A stretch of DNA of 64,000 nt from Nemertoderma westbladi (GCA_032718475.1 JAUCBJ010009126.1:1-64000); one strand, 5' to 3'; numbered from the stretch's first letter, positions 52,036 through 63,324 are shown. Made by a program: numbers and translations. The notes: generated by a model not told the origin, from the sequence alone.

Positions 52036-52502
52036 TGCGATTGAAAATAAGTTCGTGCTACCCTTCCGTAGGTGGTAGGTGTCCCGGTTATCTATTGGTG
52101 GGTGGGAAGGGAGGGGGGGGGAGTTCAGATTAAAAGGGCTGAACACGTACTACGTACTGTCCCCCTTTCTTTGATTGATTGGCGGTGTGGGTGAATTTCT
52201 CAAATACTGATTTTGTTATACAGTCGCTCAATTTTAATTTGTATCTCATAACTGGGCCCCGTACTGCGCAAAGGCCCCACGATCGTGTTTGTATGTTATT
52301 GTGAAATACTTCAAATTTCAATGAATAATTATTATCAATCAGTATAACACAGCTCGGCATTTTCATTCAGTTAAAGTCATGGGCCAAAATGTCCAGACCG
52401 AATCGTCCGGGCCTAAACGTCTGTATACCGGGGGGGGGGGGGGGGGGGGGGGGGTCAAATGTCCCTCTTGCCAATTTATGTATTCACAACTTGTTTGACC
52501 CG

Positions 52503-53925
52503 TTCACCTTGTGGCTCCATTCACACCTTTGTTCTCCGTCCCCCACCTTTTCACATTGTGGTTCCATTCACACCTTTGTTCTCCGTCCCCCACCCTTTCA
52601 CCTTGTGGTTCCATTCACACCTTTGTTCTCCGTCCCCCACCCTTTCACCTTGTGGTTCCATTCACACCTCTATTCTCCGTACCCCACCCTTTCACCTTGT
52701 GGTTCCATTCACTCCTTTGTTCCCCGTCCCCCACCCTTTCACCTTGTGGCTCCATTCACACCTTTGTTCTCTGTCCCCCACCTTTTCACATTGTGGTTCC
52801 ATTCACACCTTTGTTCTCCGTCCCCCACCCTTTCACCTTGTGGTTCCATTCACACCTCTATTCTCCGTACCCCACCCTTTCACCTTGTGGTTCCATTCAC
52901 ACCTTTGTTCTCCGTCCCCCACCCTTTCACCTTGTGGTTCCATTCACACCTCTATTCTCCGTACCCCACCCTTTCACCTTCTGGCTCCACTCAAACCTGT
53001 TTTCTCCGTCCCCCCCCCTTTCACCTTGTGGTTCCATTCACTCCTTTGTTCTCCGTCCCCCACCCTTTCACCTTGTGGTTCCATTCACTCCTTTGTTCCC
53101 CGACCCCCACCCTTTCAGCTTGAGGTTCCATTCACACCTTTGTTCCCCGTCCCCCACCCTTTCACCTTGAGGTTCCATTCACAACTTTCCCCACCCTTTC
53201 ACCTTCTGGCTCCATTCAAACCTATTTTCTCCATCCCCCACCCTTTCACCTTGTGCTTCCATTCACACCTTTGTTATCCGTCCCCCACCCTTTCACCTCC
53301 TGGTTCCATTCACACCTTTGTTATCCGCCCCCCCTTTCACCTTCTGGCTCCATTCACACCTTTGGTATCCGTCCCCCACCCTTTCACCTTGAGGTTCCAT
53401 TCATACCTTTGTTATCCGTCCCCCCCTTTCACCTTGTGGTTCCATTCACACCTTTATTCTCCGTACCCCACCCTTTCACCTTGTGGTTCCATTCACTCCT
53501 TTGTTCCCCGTCCCCCACCCTTTCAGCTTGAGGTTCCATTCACTCCTTTGTTCCCCGTACCCCACCCTTTCAGCTTGAGGTTCCATTCACACCTTTGTTA
53601 TCCGTCCCCCGCCCTTTCACCTTCTGGCTTCATTCACACCTTTGTTCTCCGTCCCCCACCCTTTCACCTTGTGCTTCCATTCACACCTTTGTTATCCGTC
53701 CCCCACCCTTTCACCTCCTGGTTCCATTCACACCTTTGTTATCCGCCCCCCCTTTCACCTTCTGGCTCCATTCACACCTTTGTTATCCGTCCCCCTCTTT
53801 CACCTTCTGGCTCCATTCACACCTTTGTTATCCGTCCCCCTCTTTCACCTTCTGGTTCCATTCACACCTTTGTTATCCGTCCCCCATCCTTTCACCTTCT
53901 GGCTCCATTCACATGTTTGTTCTCT
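52503..53925. repeat. ~47-bp pyrimidine-rich satellite, ~30 diverged copies
   Basis: Unit ccctttcaccttgtggttccattcacacctttgttctccgtccccca. Confidence 0.96.
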
Positions 53926-55114
53926 GTCATTTTAAATGTTGGCACGGGGTGACTCCCCAGTGAATCCTATGGGGAATATGGGGTTTGTAAATTTTCCAAG
54001 TTGAATTTGCGTGGGGTCTTCGTGCAGCATCTGTGTAACTGTCTTGCAGTTATAATAAATTATTTACCCAAAAATTATTAGGCTTGGCATCAGCTGGTTG
54101 CTAGGAGACTGCAGGATACATCAGGGGGGTTTGAAATTCAGCAATACCAGTACAATGCAGCAATTAATAATGTGGCCTTGCTGCCTTGGAAAGTGTGGTA
54201 GGCCTATTTCACTTTCTTCAGCCATTCCAGATTGCAGAGTTCAGAGTATTCAGTTATTCGCGACTATCATGTACCGGTACTCAAACAACTCCCCACCAAG
54301 GCCACCGCCTCGGTATGTCGCAGTGTCGTTGGCGACCTCGACTTTTGGTATCTTTACTGCGCTAGCGCTACGGGCAAACTGGACTAACCGATGAGCGAAA
54401 CCCGAGGACTGAAGAATGCATTGAATTTTTTGAGTAGTTTGACTGTGGACTTCTAATGACATCGATGCCAAGCTGCCAATGCGAAAGTTTTTTTTTTAAG
54501 TAATTGTTTGGTTAAATTTTCTTAATTATTTATTTAAATTTCTTAAGTAGGGCCTACCGATTTTGGGATAGAATTGCTCAATTTTAATCTGTATCTAATA
54601 ACTGACCCTCGTCCTGCGCGATGGTCCCACGAACGCGTACTACTGTACACTACATAGGAAGGATCTGTTTTAGGTTACTACTAGATGTACTGTTTGAAAG
54701 TAAATCAGGAGAATGATTTTTTGTTATAGTTACCTGTTGGCTTTAGGAAAGGAAATATTTATTGTTGTTCTGAGGGCCTACTATAGAGGGCCCACAAACC
54801 TAGAAGTACTTTGTTTGCCAAATTCACTAAAGATACACTTCACATAACAAAACAGATGTACACTTTAGCTTTAAGATGGCCATTTTCATCTGTGCACTAT
54901 AATCCACGTTAGCATAACAATGGGCAATACTGTCTGTTTATTAACCTGTTTGTCTATGGACGGTTTTCTTATAGCCAGCTGGCTGGCTTTCTAGTAAAAT
55001 AAAGTCAATTTATGCTCTCATATAATTAATACGTTATGTAATTATTACAACAAAATACCGGAAGCGAACATGATTTATAATGATAACAAAACTGTACAAC
55101 GTTCTGCACAATAG

Positions 55115-55785
55115 TTATTTTTGTCCACCGTGTGGCAAAGATTCGGTACTTAAGATATCGACCTCGCCTTTGTAGCTTGGCTCATTCACTTTCACTTGGA
55201 ATATGTAACTCATAATTGGTACGTCCCCGCTTCTTAAAGGGTTTATTTGCTTGCGTTGCAACTGAACCCAATTGCCATTAGCAACGTGAATCGCAAGATG
55301 TTTCTCCAATGTGCCCTGGGCCGTCATCTTCACCAAGTCGAGTGTTGGAGACACTATGGAGACGCAACCACCTGGCTTGGTTATCCCAATGATTAGAGGC
55401 AACCCCTTCCAGTCGATGCAACCATAGAGGAAGGACGCGCTCAACGACACGATGTCGTAAGTGTTCGCCTCGATATCTTTGTAGTCGCTATCGTAAACCC
55501 ATTCTTGGCCAACATGAAGCCAACGCAACCTGGGCCACAACCCAAATCAAGAACTTTTAAATCATCCTTATTCTCTTTATTTTGCTGAGTTTTTTCATGT
55601 TTATGTTTAACCAACTCTAATATATAGAGGATATTCTTTGCCGACTCTGTAGCGAATTCGTTGTCGTTCTCACCTTTATCGTAACCATCCGACAGACGAG
55701 TGTAGATATCTAGGGCGGCGTCCCTATCAATCCCAACCAAACAGGACCATCCCTCATCTCTCAATTGGTTCCTTTCCTCTACCAT
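55115..55785 (-). pseudogene. Class I SAM-dependent methyltransferase, METTL27/WBSCR27-like, frameshifted with an internal deletion
   Basis: Frame A gives IY..LSDGYD and KVLDLGCGPGCVGFMLAKNGF (motif I). Frame B gives IEANTYDIV...ITKPGGCV. The two frames switch near 55495, and the segment normally carrying the post-I acidic motif is absent. Confidence 0.8.
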
Positions 55786-55794
55786 TCTTTATAA

Positions 55795-56427
55795 TAATAT
55801 GAAAACAATAAAATAGGAAATGGGGTCTTATTCCCTCAGATACTACCTAGCATTTAGGGCCACTTGGGCCACTGTTAGTACTCAGGCAGTAAGGCCTATT
55901 AAAAAATGAAATGCAAAATCGATTGTAGTGCTCCCAACCCAACTACAGCACCACAATGAATACTGCACCAAACCATACAGTAACTACAGGTACCAGTAAG
56001 TATTGCACGAATAGGCTATCCCATAAATTAAAGAAAAATATAGGACATTTTGTCCGCCGAAAAGATAAGTCTAAGTAATAAATTTTATAAAAATAAAAGG
56101 GTTTCGGAGATTTAAATTGTTTTTAAATTATTTTTATTTTTATAAAATTTATTACTTAGACTATCTTTTCGGCGGACAAAATGTCCTATATTTTTCTTAA
56201 TTTATGGGATAGCCTATTCGTGCGATACTTACTGGTACCTGTAGTAGTTACTGTATGGTTGGGTGCAGTTTTCATTGTGGTAGCTGGGTTGGGAGCACTA
56301 CAATCGATTTTGTATTTCATTTTTTAATAGGCCTTAATGCCTGAGTACTAACAGTGGCCCTAAATGCTAGGTACAGTAGTATCTGAGGGAATAAGACCCC
56401 ATTTCCTATTTTATTGTTTTCATATTA
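55795..56427. mobile_element. ~630-bp near-perfect palindrome (foldback/MITE)
   Basis: Arms 55795-56098 and 56132-56427 are reverse complements with a ~33-bp spacer, and there is TA at both ends. Confidence 0.85.
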
Positions 56428-58104
56428 ATATCACAATCCCTCTAAAGTCATGGTTGTCTAACATCATATAATTATTTATAATGTATGCGTATGGTTCGTC
56501 GTAAACAATACAGTATAATATTATTGTAACTATAATTATTTATTACAAAGGAAAAAAGTCGAACTTTTTTTCACTATACTCGAGGTATATTACATATTTA
56601 CCAAGCACTACTACTAGCGAGGTTAATAAGGGGTAGAAATAATATTGAAAAAAATGTATAAGTTTATTTCCATGTAGCCTAATACGTAATTTATTCTTAA
56701 ATTGGTAAAATTATTGTAATATTCAACTCTCGATGTTGCCTTACTCAATGTTAATGATTTAGTAGTTTCGAATATTTATTAAGTAACCTGCAGTGAGCCG
56801 CTTAACTACATAAACCAATATTGGATATTGAGTTCCGTTTTGGAGTTCGCCTTGCAGACACGAAAGTTGGAATAACTTTTGAGTGTGTGAATGAATTTTG
56901 CTCAAATTTCAGTACTTGCAAAACCTTTTCACTTAACGATTATCTTTCAACACCTGTAATACATACAATTCACCAAAAATATTTTATTTCATTTTTTTTT
57001 CGCCGGGAAAAAAGTAAAATCAATACAATCCAATGAGTTACATTGTTTCCTATGGAAAAAAAAGTACTCTTATTTCACGCGATTTTGGGATATATTTGAG
57101 CGAAAAAGTAACAATTTAAGAATAAAAATGATTTTATTTTCAACAAATTTGTATTTCTAACAAATTTATTATAACCGAAGGTTCAAGTATAAAGGTTGGA
57201 CATTTATTCCTACAAATTTAGTACATGTACAGTATGTAAGTAAAATAAAAGCCAACGCATTTCCTAAAAATTACCTCATATACATTGGATGGATTTGACA
57301 GCTGTCTTATTTTGCTATAAATGGCTGTAGATGGGCTGCCTAATTATTGCTATCCGTATCATCACTCAGTTACCGTGTTTCCATAATCCCTTAAATTTAT
57401 TACAGTATTTGGGCATGATACAATTTCATAGGCCTATACTACTTATCTATCTAAAATTTGATAGGCGTACTCTAAAGTAAATAGGCGTACTCGTACTCTA
57501 CCGGAAGTCGAAGTTACTACCCGGAAAGCAAAGTTGGTGAAGGTGGGTCGATCCTCTATCGGTACAATAGTTTACCGCAAACAATGGGTCGTTAAAAAGA
57601 GGGAAGTGAAAAACATTACGTACTCTGTATTACATGAAAAACAAATAGCATGAATTGTGAAGCTCATTGAGATACTCATAAAATGATACCAAAAACCACA
57701 CTGAAATTAAATTTCCTAATTCATCTCGAATAAATAGGCCTATGTTAACCGCAATAATGATTCAGTTACATAGCAACCGAAAATCTAGAAATAAAAAGTC
57801 AGAAACAGAAGTTGGATTACATCTGAGATGAAACTAAGTGAAGAGATTTGACATACCAGTAGTAATAAATGCAATAATTGCTGATATTAATAATTAAATA
57901 CTGTGTATGTAGCAATGCAATGCAATGCAATGGGCAGAGAGAAGTGCGTTCTATGGTATGACCTCTGATTATCGCAATTTGAGTTACTGAGATTGTATAG
58001 GCTACATATTACTTTTGTCGCATGGTAATTGGCTGGGACGCCTAGATCGGGAAACTCCCTTAAGGGGTTCCGCGCCTATTTTACTTATATTAACCTTCAG
58101 CTGA

Positions 58105-58843
58105 TAACTGCACATTAGATGCTATGCTGGCTTAACAAATATTTTTTGTCACCACCATGCAATCCACAATTGGCAAGCCCAATGCAGCGTGCATTATGTA
58201 TGCTATGCCGGCTTATCAACAAAGTTGCATCGCCACAACTACCTTTCCCCCATGACTTTCGCGAGATTATCCGCATTTTCAAGCCCAGCGTCATTTAAGA
58301 GGCGTCTTAAGAAAGTCATGGACTGTCCACCATGCTTATTTTCTCCATGCATGGGGCTGCCAAAGCACTAGATTGTGCACAGGCTGGTCCTCATGGCAAA
58401 AACAATGACCCATTTCCAGAGAGGGAATCCTGAAGATGGACGGAATTTCGGTTAACACTATCGCTATAAACCCACGTCGATGCAGGTGATTGATGTAGAC
58501 TTGCATTAAAGTCTCCCAGGAATGTTAAGAATGCATGCTGTGCTGATACTGTACACTCCATCAGTAGCTGCTTGTAGAAATGTGGTAGAAAATTGGTAGA
58601 AAAAAGTGGTAGAAATTTTCCACCAATTCTACTGGGGCAACACTAGTTAGAGAATAGCACACAATTAGAACCACCTTTGGAAACTTCTTAGCCAGTCTTC
58701 CAGAACATGAGACGTAGCAACGGATGATGCTGTTATAGATTTGGCCTATTTTGTACTGTGCAATGCTGCATGTGCAGTTGGATTCATCAATAAACCAATT
58801 CCACCATTGCCACTATCATCTGCTGATGCGAGGGAAAGTCGCC
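58105..58843 (-). mobile_element. Internally deleted RTE LINE (endonuclease fused to ORF end plus 3' UTR)
   Basis: The minus strand reads GGIGLLMN...FLGDFNASL...NRN, then directly GHCFCHEDQPVHNLVLWQP, then the 3' UTR seen at 4259-4355. Confidence 0.8.
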
Positions 58844-58980
58844 AACCGCATCAGGCCGCATCAGAACCTCATCAGTCTGCATTCAGTCTGACCCCTAGAT
58901 CCCTTCCTATAAAATGCATTTTTAGTGAAGATTAAAAGAAAAAGAGAGATGAGCGTGATATATTAAAGATAAAACAGACA

Positions 58981-59906
58981 ATGGAAAATAAATTTCATAA
59001 AGTTATGACTATTTTGAAAGGGATACCAAAACAGTTACCCCTAGAAAATGAGGAAGATTTGAGTGAGAAAGATGAAGAAGAAGAAGAAGAAGAAGAGGAC
59101 GATGAGATGGAGAATGAAAATAGTGAGGGTCAGGATGAAGTTGAAGAGAGTGAAGTTGAGAACGAAGAAAGTGGAGATCAGGAAGAGGATGAAGAAAGTG
59201 AAGGTCAAGAAGAGGGTAAAGAAAGCGAAGGTCAGGAAGAGAATGAAGAAAGTGAAGAACAGGAAGAGGATGAAGAAAGTGAAGAACAGGAAGAGGATGA
59301 AGAAAGTGAAGGTGGGGAAGAGGATGAAGAAAGTGAAGATCAGAAAGAGGGTGAAGAAAGTGAAGATCAGGAAAGTGGAGAAGAGGATGAAAATGATGAT
59401 AATGAGGAAATAAAGAGACAATTACTTGGAAATAAGAATCAATTGCGGAAAATTATTACTACTAGGATCGGCATGCTGCATTGCAGCTGCATTTTTATTA
59501 TTTGAAGGAAAATGAAGAAAATAAAGAGGCGACATTGACCCAAGTTCTAGGAAGTAAAATTAAATTACAGAAATTTATTAAACATTTAGAAGAGAATGAT
59601 GAAAATAAAGAAGAGATATTGAGACAAATATTAGGAAACAAAAATCAAATGCGGAAATTTATTAAACAAATGGAAGAAAAAAATGAAGAAAATAGAGAAG
59701 ATATATTAAGACAGGTCCTGGGAAATAAAAGTAAATTATTGAAAATTAATGAACAATTGAATAAAATTAAGAAACAGTTGGGTAATGAGGAAGATGAAAG
59801 TAAAGTAAATCAACCAGCTTTTACTAATTTTCGAAGACCTATGATAAAAAACTCTCGTTCAGTATATGCCCGCGCAGGACGACGGTATTCACATTTGTTT
59901 GTTTGA
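58981..59906 (+). pseudogene. Intronless acidic (Glu-rich) protein with four ~28-aa helical repeats, split by a 38-bp insertion
   Basis: ORFs 58981-59505 and 59481-59906 share the repeat ExLRQxLGNKxxLxKFIKxLEENxEN. Deleting 59461-59498 restores one 295-aa frame. Confidence 0.65.
59461..59498 (-). mobile_element. 38-bp insert resembling a Helitron 3' terminus
   Basis: Minus strand ataaaaat-gcagctgc-aat-gcagcatgc-cgatc-CTAG-T, i.e. a GC hairpin followed by CTAG|T. Confidence 0.5.
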
Positions 59907-59919
59907 GTTCCTTTCATAA

Positions 59920-60150
59920 TAGTATTAGGGCTATTTATCCAAAACAATTATATTAGTATTAGGACTATTTATCCATAACAATTATATTAGTATTAGGACT
60001 ATTTATCCATAATAATTATATTAGTATTATAAATGTATTTACCCCACAATATTTATTACTATTAGGACTATTTATCCATAATAATTATATTAGTATTATA
60101 AATGTATTTACCCCACAATATTTATTACTATTAGGTCTATTTATTCAAGA
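59920..60150. repeat. ~34-bp degenerate AT-rich repeat
   Basis: tattagtattaggactatttatccataacaatta and variants, ~6 copies. Confidence 0.85.
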
Positions 60151-60539
60151 AATTATATGTTTTTATAATAATATACTTTGGAAAATTGGTCGACTAAGTC
60201 ATAATTTTTAAAACTTTAAATAAGGGTTGAGTTATTTTATAAAGTTAAGAAGAGTGAATCAATGGAGGCAACCTGAAGTCTAATCTCTTGGCCTTTACTC
60301 ATAAGACCGCACATTAACTCCCAAGGTTGCATACTATCTCTATATAGCTGGGAGAGTCAAAGCTAGTGTACACTAGAGTCAGCCAAGAGCTAGGAAAAAG
60401 AATAATGCTCTTCTAGGGTTCGAATTCACGACCTTCTAATTAGAAAACTAAGCAAATGAACAGCTTGAAGGCCTTAGACCCTTAATCTGAGGCAACGAGC
60501 AGCCAATGAGAGAGCAGATGCGAGTACAGTGGTAAAGCG

Positions 60540-61392
60540 CCCTCAGTGAGGCATAGTCTATGCCTCAGTGCCTCAGTGAGGCATAGTCTATTCCTCAGTG
60601 AGTCATAGTCTATGCCTCAGTGAGTCATAGTCTATGCCTCAGTGAGGCATAGTCTATGCCTCAGTGCCTCAGTGAGGCATAGTCTATGCCTCTGTGCCTC
60701 AGTGAGGCATAATCTATGCCTCAGTGAGGCATCATCTATGTCTCAGTGCCTCAGTGAGGCATAGTGTATGCCTCAGTGCCTCAGTGAGGCATAGTCTATG
60801 CCTCAGGAGTCATAGTATATGCCTCAGTGCTTCAGTGAGGCATAGTCTATGCCTCAGTGAGTCATAGTCTATGCCTCAGAGAGGCATAGTCTATGCCTCA
60901 GTGCCTCAGTGAAGCATAGTCTATGCCTCAGTGAGTCATAGTATATGCCTCAGTGCCTCAGTGAGGCATAGTCTATGCCTCAGTGCCTCAGTGAGGCATA
61001 GTCTATGCCTCAGTGAGTCATAGTCTATGCCTCAGTGAGGCATAGTCTATACCTCAGTGCTCAGTGAGGCATAGTATATGCCTCAGTGCCTCAGTGAGTC
61101 ATAGTCTATGCCTCAGTGAGTCATAGTCTATGCCTCAGTGAGTCATAGTATATGCCTCAGTGAGGCATAGTCTATGCCTCAGTGAGTCATAGTCTATGCC
61201 TCAGTGCCTCAGTGAGGCATAGTCTATGCCTCAGTGCCTCAGTGAGGCATAGTCTATGCCTCAGTGCCTTAGCGAGGCATAGTCTATGCCTCAGTGAGTC
61301 ATAGTATATGCCTCAGTGCCTCAGTGAGGCATAGTCTATGCCTCAGTTAGTCATAGTCTGTGCCTCAGTGCCTCAGTGAGGCATAGTCTGTG
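60540..61392. repeat. Palindromic 22-bp (+8-bp) minisatellite
   Basis: tgaggcatag-t-ctatgcctca units joined by g, with an optional extra cctcagtg. Confidence 0.96.
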
Positions 61393-61461
61393 TCAGGTCT
61401 TAAATGAGAGTCTTACAAATTCGAACGTCAACGAACAAATTCGAAGGTTACTGTTCCACCT

Positions 61462-61530
61462 TGGTGTAGTGGTTGCGTTGAATTCACATCTCCCGCATGT
61501 CATGGGTTCTATCCCCGCATGAACCAGGGC
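61462..61530 (+). mobile_element. Possible tRNA-derived SINE head
   Basis: A-box-like tggtgtagtgg and B-box-like gggttctatcccc at tRNA-like spacing, but no convincing cloverleaf. Confidence 0.4.
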
Positions 61531-61624
61531 AGTTTTCGTTCGGTCAGCAATAGGTCTAACTTTGCAAAATGCAGTATTATTGCCTAGTAACCAATTCATG
61601 AATACTATATGGTTTTCACTTTGA

Positions 61625-62050
61625 GACATTTCGCCCTCTAGTGGCAGACTGAGGAACTTCAGACTACTCTGTGACTCCGTAAAAGATATAGCCCATATTG
61701 TAATAGATACCGACTGGGGGGGTCAAAATTAAGTAATAATATATCTAAATAAGTCTCAAACATCTTGCCTCATGGCTCGCCCCTTAGAACTCTTAAGCAA
61801 TATAACTTCATAGTTTTGCGGATTGTAAATAACAAAGCTAGAGAAGATGTTAATTTTCAAATAATACGCCCTCTAGCGGCAGACAGGGGAACTTCAGACT
61901 ACTCTATGACTCCGCAAAAGATATGGCCTATGCCGTAGTAGATGCCTACCGAGTTTAAACCTATTCGGAATGAAAATAACAAAGTTAGAGAAGATGTTAA
62001 TTTTCAGATCATACGCCCTCTAGCGGCAGACTATGGAACTGCAGACGGCT
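61625..62050 (-). promoter_or_regulatory. Second cluster of CTCF-like motifs in HINE-type ~147-bp repeats
   Basis: gccctctag(t/c)ggcagac at 61633, 61868 and 62015. The last reads TGCAGTTCC-ATAGT-CTGCCGCTAGAGGGCG on the minus strand. Confidence 0.6.
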
Positions 62051-62433
62051 GGATATAGGTAAGAGTAATTAGTAATCAGAGGTGTCACGAGAGGGGGGCG
62101 GGGCGCTTGGATACAACTATTATTAATAAGCTGTTGCTTGGTTAAAGCTAATTGGGGGTCAAAGGTCAACGATAAAGCTGTCTGGATATAGATAAGAGTA
62201 ATTAGTTACCAGTAAGGGAGCTGTATACCCTATGTCTAAGTATAACGAGATGAAAGTCAATGAGGTCATATAGAAACCAATATATAAAACTAATTATTGG
62301 TAAATCTAAAATAAAGTACAATTAAATAAATACAAATAAATAAAGTAAAATTAAATCAAATAATTAATTAAAATTAAATACAAATAAATAAGTATTAATG
62401 AATAAAAGAGCCGCGGTGTCACTTATGACACCC

Positions 62434-62731
62434 TCTTGAGCCGGCTTTGTGACAGTTAGACAACACTGATGACCCATTGTGTGTCAGGGCGCTAATCAGT
62501 CTGATTAATTAGGATAATCAATTAAACCCTAATTAGGAGTCATAAGACACCTATTAGGGTTTAATTGTACTAATTAATTGATGACACCTGTCAATTAGGG
62601 TCTAATTAGCCTAATTGGGAGGTGTCACCCAGACAGTCTGGCGCCAATGACACCCATATGGGTGATAATAGGGTGTCATATGACACCCAATGGGTGTCAG
62701 TGAGGTCTAACTGTCACAAAGCCGGCCAAGA
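62434..62731. mobile_element. MITE-like element with ~45-bp TIRs and many internal palindromes
   Basis: Termini gccggctttgtgacagttagac / gtctaactgtcacaaagccggc. Internal inverted repeats include ggtgtcatatgacacc and caattaaaccctaat..attagggtttaattg. Confidence 0.75.
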
Positions 62732-63016
62732 CCCTACTACTGGTGGTGTTATGCAAAAGGGTATTATCCCACATTTTGTCGAAATTGAGTTTTTGGTATC
62801 ATTCGATAGAGAAAAGTGTAATCTACCTAATTTATGAGATCCTATTGCCCAATAATACGAGGAAATGCCTTAAAAATAGAAGAAAGTTAAGCCACAGTCC
62901 GGATTTGTGATTAGTCAAAGAGTGTTAAACAACAAATAATATTGCAAAAAAGGTTTAATCCACATAATATTTGTGTGGCTTGATACTGTATCTTTTGACA
63001 TCTTTTTGAAAGTATG

Positions 63017-63234
63017 TGTGGCGGTGCCACTTACATACTCAGGACCTACTGAGTTTGCCATATACTCGGACAAGTGTTAGAGAGTTTTCACTTGACTATT
63101 CACTGCATTAACTTCCTTACTGCAGTACTGGTGTAGGCTAACTACTGCCTTCATATTATACATTTTTATTGCATACCTTTGCATATCCGGTATACTTTAT
63201 GATGAGACATTAGCAGTACGATTATACTGCCACA
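63017..63234 (+). mobile_element. 5' LTR (218 bp) of a Ty3/Gypsy CsRN1-clade retrotransposon
   Basis: TG..CA ends with the inverted repeat tgtggcggt / actgccaca, followed immediately by the PBS and gag. Confidence 0.88.
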
Positions 63235-63235
63235 T

Positions 63236-63247
63236 TGGTGACCCGAC
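63236..63247 (+). promoter_or_regulatory. Primer-binding site complementary to the tRNA-Trp 3' end
   Basis: TGGTGACCCGAC lies 1 nt after the LTR and is one C shorter than the canonical TGGTGACCCCGAC. Confidence 0.85.
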
Positions 63248-63324
63248 TGCTCAGCACGATTTGTTGAGTCGAACTGCAACCAACAGCCCTCCCGTTATTC
63301 GCGCCCCGCTCCAACGCCTTCACC

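Noticed and set aside
52389-53963. Pro/His/Phe-rich ORFs up to 497 aa
   Set aside because: They are translations of a 47-bp pyrimidine-rich satellite in several frames.
59041-59421. Phe/Ile-rich minus-strand ORF and Lys-rich alternative-frame ORF
   Set aside because: These are shadow frames of the GAA-rich acidic ORF.
60405-60495. tRNA gene (gggttcgaattc B-box-like motif)
   Set aside because: No cloverleaf or acceptor stem; at most a decayed SINE head.
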